Position numbers and translations under genes: made by a program | DNA from: Octopus bimaculoides | Taxonomy: Eukaryota | Assembly (NCBI RefSeq): GCF_001194135.2 | Contig: NC_068984.1 | Span: 135,020,842 to 135,084,841 of the forward strand | Direction: 5' to 3' | DNA: 64,000 bases | The notes under the pieces: model-generated | The model's input: the letters and a program-made list of their open reading frames with translations, nothing else | Told to the model about the DNA's origin: nothing | The model's database searches: none | In this document: positions 53,609 to 64,000 of the stretch, piece by piece | How positions within the stretch are numbered: position 1 is the first letter of the stretch | Layout of the letters: the number at the start of each line of letters is the position of its first letter

Positions 53609-55099
53609 GGATATGATTGTATATAAATGGGTGGGAGGCGATGGGAGTGTAGAGGAGAACAGTAAGCATACAAAGAGTTAATGTTTGGAAGGCCGAGGTG
53701 TTGTGCACTTACGTAGACTAATAAAATGAAAGCGAAACATTGCTATATGGGCTAATATAAGAAACATTTTATGTATATAGCAGTAAATTTGAATGTGTTT
53801 TTTTACATGAGACTACAGAAATGGCGCCAGTACGATAGTCGCATATGATTTACACTGGAACACTTTAGTCTAATTCATTTTAAATTTTGATAAAATGCCA
53901 ACTTTTCCTGTAACAATTCGATGTAGAAATAATTGGATAGACGGCAAACAAAGATGTAGAGATGTATCCGGAAAGATATCACACGTAGGACTCATAAATT
54001 TAATATATTCATATATATTGTAAAAATATAAGGATAGCGTTCAATAATATTCATAACGTACGTACATACTCATGTATATATATATATATATGACTAAGCA
54101 TCAATGCTTATGTTTGCGTTCTTGCGTGTCGGTGCGTGTGATTACTTGTTAGAGTTTGTACGTGTGTGGCAGTTGGGTGTTTACATCTCATATGACGGGA
54201 GCAGCAGCAGATTTGTTTGCTGTGGATGTATGTCCATAACCCACTGTAATTGGAAAGAGATGGATACATCATATATTTATGTGTATGTGAGTTCTGAAGA
54301 TTTTGAGTCATGTGTCCTAATGGTTTCCTTTGTAGAAGGTCTCAATGAAGGCAATAAGCCATTTAGTATAAGGTAATATGAAGGAGAAATTAATATGAAA
54401 AGAATGGCTTTACTTCAGACTTGTAAAATTTCAGGTCATAAAACAGGAGAAAACAATCAACCGAAAGAATGTCCCGAAGTCTGGCAGTTTGAAGCAAAAC
54501 TGCTTGAAATAACAGGGATGCATCAAGTAAATTATAATGAAGACACGTCGCAATATAGATTTGACGACGTTTTAGCCAGTTCTTTGTGAAAGACAAGACA
54601 GACGACCAGCTGTGCGAAAATGATGCTTATAATTGCATAATGTATTCGTGAACTAAAATGCTATTGGCAGTATTTCCTTTTCATTTCTGCCTCCACTACA
54701 TAATCTCTACCCCACTTACTCATCCCATATCCACAAATTTTGACTTGTATATCTTTTTGTTTCTTTCCTATATAAGCTAAAAGACAAGTTTCAGGAGACG
54801 CACAATATGATAACACACCTTTGATGCAAGTCTGATTCAGTGCCTCTTTAATGTCAAGAATCGCAAACATTACGTAAATTTTCACTTCGAATTTTTGCGT
54901 AAACTGGCGCTGCAAATAGAGTTTGCAAATAGAGTTTGTAATGAATCATTTAAGATGTTTTGAAGAATTTTCGTTGTCCTCTTCTTATGATTTGGATTAT
55001 ATATATTGGATAATAAAACGAATGGTCTAAACCTGGTAGCTTACTGGTGAAGCATGGTCACTTTCGCAGTGGTCGTTATGTATATGACAAATGAAACAC

Positions 55100-55345
55100 G
55101 GAATATGCGAGAATTCATTAATCACGAAAATTGTTTTGACACATCTAGCATCGATCCCTCGTGGGTGGGGCACTCAACGACTGGTTCAGGAGCACCCGGT
55201 GGTGCAGATGCGTCTCGTCGAGTGATAAATAATTATCAACTCGTTAACATAATAGTTCCACAATATAACTTCTCGTTTTGTAGAAAGAAAAAAAAGCCAG
55301 ACGGAGGAAATATCTTCATTTACATAGAAGATCCAAAATAAAATC
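55100..55345 (-). mobile_element. hammerhead-bearing interspersed repeat, copy 2
   Basis: Colinear with 19075-19320. Confidence 0.75.
55121..55226 (-). ncRNA. decayed hammerhead motif, same family as 19099-19203
   Basis: ATCAC-TCGACGA-GACGCATCT-[insert]-AGATGTGTC-AAAA-C-AATT-TTC-GTGAT. Helices I and II fully paired; core has C3U, U4C, G12A and G16.2U changes. Confidence 0.5.
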
Positions 55346-57151
55346 ACAGATGAGGAAAAGAATGAGAAACAAAAGCGCAATGTAACGAGAAAATACTTTT
55401 CGATTATTCCATCTTCCGTCTTTCCTTTGCCATATATATANNNNNNNNNNNNNNNNNNNNNNNNNNNNNNNNNNNNNNNNNNNNNNNNNNNNNNNNNNNN
55501 NNNNNNNNNNNNNNNNNNNNNNNNNNNNNNNNNNNNNNNNNNNNNNNNNNNNNNNNNNNNNNNNNNNNNNNNNNNNNNNNNNNNNNNNNNNNNNNNNNNN
55601 NNNNNNNNNNNNNNNNNNNNNNNNNNNNNNNNNNNNNNNNNNNNNNNNNNNNNNNNNNNNNNNNNNNNNNNNNNNNNNNNNNNNNNNNNNNNNNNNNNNN
55701 NNNNNNNNNNNNNNNNNNNNNNNNNNNNNNNNNNNNNNNNNNNNNNNNNNNNNNNNNNNNNNNNNNTATATATATATATATATATTCTCTAAGTCATCTT
55801 TTGAATCCGTAGATTCGATACTACAACCTGTGCTGAAATTACTGTGACTTTCAGTATACAGCTAAGGGAAATGATCTGCTAAACAAAGATATGTGATTAG
55901 TATCATTATGTACACGATATGTTTTAGATGATGTATGCGTTTGCAAAATTTAATGGTTGACGATATATGAATGCGTGTGCGTGTTTCTAAGTGTGCATGC
56001 ATGTTTAACCATGTGTCTGTGCGTGTGTGTGAGAGTATGAGGTTTTATGTGAGTGTGTCTGTATGATTACGTGAAAAAAAAGAGACAAGCTAAATAAATC
56101 ACGCAATAACAGAATGAATAAACATAATAAAAAAAATATATAAAGAAAAACTAAAACGGTATAAAAGAATAACAGCATGAAAAACAGACAGAAATAGCAA
56201 TGGAAATATCGCATGGTATATTACAAAATACAAATCAACAAAGTTGGCATACACACAACATTATAAAGAATGATTAAACATAATAGATACAGTTTGCCAA
56301 TAAAGGATGTCAAGTCTACACTGATATCGAGATAGCGAACGGATCGAAGTGTGCAGACGACATTAAAATAAATATTATTGTATTCCAAGTACTGTAAAAT
56401 ATCTTCATTGAATCGAATATACTAAGTCAGTGTATATAGCATTAAAATGGCTCTTTCATTGGAACTATTTCTGTTTTAGATATTGTAAACGGTCGTTTGC
56501 AGACAGAAATGTACTATTTGCAAAACTATCGAAAAGGACTCTATAGATCTGTTGAATATTATATTCACCATAAACTTCAGTAGTTTATTTACCTATACTT
56601 TTCTTTTGTTTTTCTTTGAATTTATTGTTGCGGTTTTACTTATTTTTGTTGTTATTGTAGTCATTGTTATTGTAGTCTTTGTTATTGTACATGAAAAACA
56701 TATTAGGATTTTCATATTTCTTTAATGTTTTATCTAGCATAAAAGACATAACGCTTGGATATCTTCACAACAAAAGCCGCATCATGTGAGCTTCAGACAC
56801 AGCGCTGTGATATCACAGCCATAGTAACCAGGAAGATTTTTTTTGTACCTCTATAATTTGAACTCCGTTTTCATTCGGATTCAGATATCCGTCGTCCACC
56901 AGAATGCTTCCCATTCACAAGATATTCAATGTCATATATAAAACAATCTTTAACGGAGTGAGAATTCTTTCTAGAAACGATATTTAGTAGTACACTGGTA
57001 ACCTTTTCATAAATTGAACACGAGTGAATATGTAGTTAATTTTTATTTTTAAATCTGTTATTTTTATACTTCAGCTTTTCTGTTTATTTCTCTGCATTAA
57101 TCCTTTTTTCATAGCTCAAGCACATACATACATACATGCATACATACATGC

Positions 57152-57182
<31 letters not shown>

Positions 57183-60100
57183 AATTTGATGCCTAATATA
57201 TGAATTTATCTAATCGGGTGGTACTCACACAGAAGCTCCTTTTGTGGACCAGGCTACAGACCACGTAGTAAACCAATAGAAAGGGGAAGAATATAGAGTC
57301 CTATGCTGTTGAAATTAAGCAAATGCAATCAGTAGTGATTATTTCATAAGGAGTGTATAGATTATAAAGAGAGTCAGGGGATATAAGCTGATTATATTTA
57401 TTTCAATAGCTGATATCCATAAGATAACGATGGTTGCACAGCCGACATGGTAGAATAATTTATCTTAGTATATAATAAATTATTTTACATGTCTGTATTA
57501 GTGTATATGTTATAAATTGCATAGTGCTATTTCACATTTTACAAGGTAACGCAGGTATAGAAGGTTAGCTCTTCAGATCATAAAATATTATGGTTACATC
57601 CAATCTTTAACTCAAAAGTCATCTTCGGCAAAGGAACAAGCAGAAAATTCACACACAAGATTTGTACATGCACTTCCCCCACAAGTGTTTTGTTGGCGTT
57701 ATGGTGATGTCTGATGAACAATAAATATTTGGTTAGGTTGCGCATTGTTCCCATATAGAACCAAATCATCATGTTAACTCTTCGATTAAACTGTTGCGTG
57801 TGTCCATTGTCATTTTAGTGTCAGAAAAGACCGGTTGTCATTTGTAGCCATAATAAATCTTCGCCAGGTCACCAAATGTGCCTGTTGGCTTTGTTGAAGC
57901 TCATGTGGTATTTCTTCTTCCTTTTTAACTTCAGGGCTCCAATTATTGTTATGTTATGTTGTTATACCGATGTTACTAGAATGCGTTGTTCTTAGTTCGT
58001 GGAAAATCTGCGTATAATAACTAAACTATAACGAGCAAACATTTCGGAGAAGGGAGTTACGTAGATTACGTAGACCACAATGATCAACCGATACTTATGT
58101 TATCGACCACAATATGATGAAATGCAAATTCGACCTGAGCGGTATTTGGACCAAAGAATGTGAAGAGGATGGGACGCCATCAAGCCTTTTGTCTGGGTTG
58201 TTAATGATTCTACCTGTTCACCGCCCTCTCAGTTTCACGATATTAAGCACACGATATCTAAGTAACACATATACAATTACAAAGCCAATACACACTTCGA
58301 GTTACTTAATTTTGACTTGACGTATATAAACGATTAAGTGCCGTTTATAATGCCTTTAAAGAGCCCTTGCAACACTTGCCAAATCAAATAAGAAAATAAA
58401 TTATATCTTTTTGATTGATATTCTTGGCAAACCTTCATTGATAAAATTCCAGGATAATGCTCGTTTGGTAAAATTATATTTTATTTCCAATGAAGCAATT
58501 CAGAACTACATTGATCAAGATGGAACGGTGAATATGTCATTTGAAGACTACTCACACACGTTCTCATTACAAGTTTGGTGTAAATATTTCGTTGTGAGCT
58601 TAGGCTATATAATTAATTCTAAAAACACTCAGCTCACTCCTCTGTTAGAACAAAACCCTGGTCCTGTGTCAAGTGCCCAAACGAAGTGAAAATTTGATTC
58701 TCGTCCACTTAAATCTCTAATATTGCAATCAAAATATAACATCTAAAACTGTTTTGGGTCATACCATGCATTTCTAGTGAAATTATTCTGTTTAGCCGTA
58801 GCTGGAGGAAGAAAACAACATTAAGTTTCTTTAAGTGCATCATGTTTTTGACGAATGTAAATAATGTTTCAAAAATAGAATATTGTTTTCGAGGACAGTT
58901 AACATGGACGAAGTTAATTATAAATACCCGTTGTGAAAATAATATACCATACAACATCAACCTATGCTTTTATTTCATGTGAGTTTTGCAAATAATAAAG
59001 GAAATTTAAATTGATTTGGTAGGGAGCCTTAGTAACTTTGGCTTCAATTTTCTTTTTTAAGAAACTCAATTTAGATTTGCAGCATCACACACACACACAC
59101 ACACACATACACACACACACACACACACGCACACACACACACACACACACATTTTCCTTTCTCTTTCTCCTCTTTTTTTTTATCCCCTCTCAATCCTTCA
59201 ATGAATTTATATATAGGCAAAGAGTTAGAGAGAAAAACAGAGAGTGTATATATTTAGGACTGGGCGTATGCATTGTTACAGCCTAGTATTTAACTGAGTA
59301 ACGTTATATATGTACATGTAAGCATGTATACATACTTGCATACATACATGCATACATACACACATGCGCACACATATACATGCACATACACGTACACACA
59401 TAAACTTAAAAACATGCACAAAATGATATATTTGAATACAGATGCACTGCTGCGCTCTTATCAGACACAGAAAGAAAACTGTCAATACTATATTCCCACA
59501 TTGATTACTTCCCGTTACATATTTATTCGCTCTGTTTCGGCTTGTAGTTCATGATCTTTTGCATCTTCAATTTTCTGTAATCTTGCAAAATGTCGAGGTC
59601 CACTCTTACAAATTAAATGGGGGTGTTGTCATGCAGTGCTCAAATTCTGATTGCATTTCTGCGTGTATATTCGTACGATATCCATAATATCAGATTCTAG
59701 AAATTACCAATTGAGACGACAATAAAAAATCATGAAAACGTTTGGAACAGTAATGATTCATACAAAAAATTATTTTAGTCAGAGGTAGAAGAAAGTGGAT
59801 GAGAAGTCATTATCAACTTTAAATTAAAGCTGAGGCTAAGATTTTATTTCGCCACTCCAGTGTCAGACCACTGCGAATTTCAGGTGAAACTATCTTGAAA
59901 TTGATTATTTCGAGAACCCGTATTGTGTCACTTCACGCACTTGATGTTCGAAATGCAAGCAACTGATAACAATCATCAGTTTTCAATCAATTTTGCCACC
60001 CCGCTGCTTAATATATATTTTATGTATTCATAGATTTATTCTGTAGAGTGGGAGAGGATGACTATTATGTTAGACTGCAAAGAAAATATTAACGAACTGT

Positions 60101-61036
60101 AAGCGATTTTCACCGAATTCTAGCCACGTTGCGAAGTGGGGGGAATCTACCTGACGACTAGATGCTGTTATTGTTTTCTTCCTCTACGTTGGTGTCGTTT
60201 TACCTTTGACCTGTTTTACCTGAGGGCGACCCATATTCGAAACCATTTCAATATTGCTAATAACAGCTCATTAGACTGTCTTACAACTATCTCATCTTAC
60301 ATGTTAAGGAGGGTTGTGGTTTTATGAACATTACAATGAAATTTCAAGCTATTTGAGCAATCATATAGATAATACAACATTGCCACGTGATGAGAATATA
60401 GAACCGGGCGATAATATTCAAGAATAGGCTAGAGACTTCACAAAGTGCTAACTATTAATTCGAATATTTCAATAAATCTCTGTACAGCATATAGCTGTAC
60501 CTAAAATATCACAGGTACGAGAATGGCTGTTAAAGTTTATTTGTTACTAGCAATGTCAATGTTCGTGCTTTCTTGGTTGTGGTTGTATAATTATTCTAAT
60601 AATTTCCAACAATTAGAATAGCCATTGCTGGTATGCCCACCTCAAAAAGTGTGAGCAAGTCTATGATCTAAACCATTGCATCTTTGACGATCTTCAGTAA
60701 TTTGGATATATTTTGGACAAATTATCTAATGAGTTCTTCCCAATTATTTAAAACAATGTGATGACATGAAAAAAAATTGCACGTATTTCGGTTTAGTCGA
60801 GTAATTAAGTAGATGCTTTCCTCATTCGCTTGTTGCCGGTATTGTAGATGTTGAATTTGCCGGTATTGAAGTAGTTGTTGAAATGTGTGTTGTTTTCATT
60901 ATGATGATGCTACTGTAATTTACCACGTGCAGTTCCTGTCTGGTTTCGTTTAAGAAACTTTTATGTAGTAGCTTGTTATAAATAAAACACTTTATTTGTT
61001 TCATTCTTTAAAATGGTAAAAAAAGACAAGCTAATT

Positions 61037-61070
<34 letters not shown>

Positions 61071-62200
61071 CTACATGCATAGATACATTACATACATATA
61101 TATACACACGCAAATATGTGCTACATGTATATATATATATACACACACAAATATGTGTTATATGTATATATATATATATANNNNNNNNNNNNNNNNNNNN
61201 NNNNNNNNNNNNNNNNNNNNNNNNNNNNNNNNNNNNNNNNNNNNNNNNNNNNNNNNNNNNNNNNNNNNNNNNNNNNNNNNNNNNNNNNNNNNNNNNNNNN
61301 NNNNNNNNNNNNNNNNNNNNNNNNNNNNNNNNNNNNNNNNNNNNNNNNNNNNNNNNNNNNNNNNNNNNNNNNNNNNNNNNNNNNATATATATATACATAC
61401 ATACGTATAAATATACATACATATATATACATATACAAATATATATATTATAATGGAAATGTGAAATGGATATTTACCAAACATACTTACCAGACTATTT
61501 CCATTCCTGTGTCCATTTATTTACTGTCTCTCCAACCTTTCGAGCGGAAAATTTCCAATTTCTGAAAGAAACCGTTCTTTGGATTGATGATGAAAATTTT
61601 GCAATATGAGATATTTCTCAGCTGTCACATATCAGAGTTGAAACACAGAAGTGAAATCAATCTTCAGCTTAATCAGTAAAACTGTGAGATTGAAGGAGAA
61701 AAGAGGAAAAGTATGGTGTGTAGTTTGTGAAGAAGAATAGTAAAGTTATTGGTTCGATTCTATCGATTAGAAACATTGGTTCTTTATATATATCTAGTCT
61801 TGTGTTTGTATATGTGTGTATATACACGAACATATATACATATAATATATATATATGCATATATATATCATTAATCCTTTAATTCTTTAAGTTGTCTCAG
61901 CTTCAAAGCCGCGTTCATGCTGGAGCACCACTGTTGGCTTCGCTACACCTTTATTATTTGAAGCCTCCCCTGACATGTGGCATTTGGTGAATGAGAGAGG
62001 TTGATGCTGCTGCCTACATCTGTGTTTCCTGTCTTGAGCCGGGCTCATTCGGTCCCTTGATATGAGGAGGTCCTTTTTGTTTTGAAGACACCTACGTCTC
62101 TCAGGCGTTTTCAAACTACGTTGAAGGGCTGTGGGATCTTGAAATCCAAGGTGTTGCAATTTCTAGTCCTGTGTATTGGTGGTGTTGTTGGGATATTTGA

Positions 62201-62270
<70 letters not shown>

Positions 62271-62500
62271 GCATGTATGTATGTACGTATGTACGTATGT
62301 ATGTATACACACACACACACTATATATATATATATATTTCCTTTTATTACGCAGTTCAATCATTCCTCAATAAAATTAAAATCCCTTGTTCGATTTTCTT
62401 GAAATTTTTTACGGGATATGTAGGATAATGTATCCCATGTCTCGTGTACTTTCTGTCGAAATCGCTGTACATTTAAAGAGGAAATGAATAAAAACACGTT

Positions 62501-63941
62501 TATAGTGTGTTTAATTTTATTATGTAAGTTAGCAAATATTATGTAAACTACATAAAATGTGAATTACATATAGAACAATACATGAACAGATCATTAATAT
62601 ATACGTATATCTTCAACCATATAATTATATTTACAAACAATTATCTATATAAATTACATCTTTATATAGCCTCCTTTACCATCTGTAACTTTTAATATTC
62701 TCTCATCAGCTGATTTTGTCAATTTCTCAACAACCTCACTTTTAATGTTACTAGCAGCAGTTTTTATTGCTTCCCAAAGTAAATCCTTTTTTTGGATATT
62801 GTTTACTATTAGACTATAACACCTTTTTTAATAATTGATTACAAATTCTCTATTCGGTTTAAACCTGGAGATTGGCGGGGTCCATTCCATTATCTTATGT
62901 TTTTTGAAACCTTTCTTAGCTAAATGGTTAATACCGAATTTAGCAAAATGTGAAGGGGCATTATCATGCCTAAATATGCGCTTTAACCTGAAACCTCGTA
63001 ATGTTAACTTGCACCAATGGAAGAAGTTGTCATCTAGAAACTTTCAATAATTTTCAGCATTTATTTTGACACCATCAGCAACTTTAATTGGACCTATAAT
63101 GACTCCTCCAACTATACCAGCCCAAAACATGATTGCTCCACCACCCTGCTGTCCACTTAATCGTGTTGGTTAACTTTTTCCATGTAACACCCGGCCTCTT
63201 ACCCATCCATAAAGTCCATCTAATGTTGCTCTGCACTCGTTAGTAAAAATCACATGTGTAAAGTCCGTCTTCATATATCTTTTTGCCCACGTTACTCTTC
63301 TTTTATGTACTTTATTTAAAGGAGGCAATTTTGCGAAATGTGTGACATCGTCTATTTCTTATAGTATTGTGCAACGTTTTTCCATTTATGTTAGAGAATC
63401 CTACTTCTTCAAAGATTTGTTCACTGGTTAACCCACATTTTGTGCCCATAATGCTCTTGAGTTTTCTTTTATCTCTATTTGTGATGTTCTTGAAACCCGT
63501 TTTCTTCCTTATTCTTACTCTCTCAATGTTTTGTATCTGTCTTTTATTGTTATGTGATCTCTGTTTAGTTTTTTTAGAAATTACAATTGTTGTATCGGCT
63601 TCTCCCTGTAGTTTCACTCTTACTTTGTTCTCATTTGATGTTATATCTTTTACTTAGACTCATTTCTATATTTCCTGTGTCTGAAATTAAGAAAAAACAT
63701 TTCAGAATCACATATCACATGTGCGAAAGCAATACCTTGTTAACTTGCATAATTAAAAGAAACGATAAACGTGTTTTTCTTCATTTCCGCTTTCAATGTA
63801 CACCGATTTAGACGAAAATCACACGAGACATGGGATCCAATATCCTACATATCCCGTAAAATGTTTAAGAAAACCGGACAAGTGTTTTTTTGTTTTTATT
63901 GAGAAATGTTTGACCTGCATAATAAAAGGAAATATAGTGTA
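62501..63941 (-). mobile_element. Tc1-like DNA transposon (DD37E/TRT type), ~1.44 kb, inactive
   Basis: Decayed TIRs TATAGTGTGTTTAATTTTATTATGTAAGT (62501) and, reverse-complemented, TACACTATATTTCCTTTTATTATGCAGGT (63941) enclose a transposase pseudogene. Confidence 0.88.
62654..63663 (-). pseudogene. Tc1-family transposase pseudogene
   Basis: RVTWAKRYMKTDFTHVIFTNECRATLDG, GGGAIMFWAGI, HDNAPSH, W..QSPGLNRIEN, LLWEAIKTAA, GKGGYIKM*. Several stops and frameshifts; first catalytic D mutated to N (63239-63241). Confidence 0.9.
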
Positions 63942-64000
63942 TGTATATGTATATATATATATATATATATATTGAATTATAATTTTATAAAAATTAACAC

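Noticed and set aside
58110-58162. IRPERYLD resembling the cytochrome P450 PERF motif
   Set aside because: The frame is bounded by stops within ~30 codons, with no ExxR or heme-Cys context and no splice sites.
61960-62195. GC-enriched stretch that may be the 3' UTR of a Dong-like element
   Set aside because: Single copy in the window with no diagnostic coding motif; needs a repeat-library search.

Overview
AT-rich, repeat-dense animal genomic DNA. The SINE families, (TA)n/(CA)n/(TAA)n load and TTAGGG repeats point to an octopod (Octopus-like) genome; this is an inference. There are 13 N-gaps, nearly all flanked by microsatellites, as in a short-read assembly. No intact long gene is present, and most ORF-track entries are microsatellite translations. 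The window reads as intronic/intergenic DNA containing: (1) at least four tRNA-derived SINE families, one with a CORE-like domain; (2) decayed non-LTR retrotransposon fragments (RTE, R4/Dong-like, probably CR1-like); (3) a dead Tc1-like transposon with DD37E spacing at the right end; (4) a 591-bp foldback MITE with GG..CC termini, a near-perfect 8-bp TSD and a palindromic (CCCTAA)n(TTAGGG)n core; (5) two short near-perfect hairpins; (6) two weak minus-strand candidate exons near 18-19.6 kb. The most striking unannotated signal is five hammerhead-ribozyme-like motifs of the minimal type-I, Penelope-associated architecture, in four different repeat contexts. These include a two-copy family with a shared U4C core change and a large structured loop II, and a tRNA-headed SINE whose tail carries a hammerhead. 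All five copies carry core mutations, so activity is not shown. All alignments and translations were done by eye.
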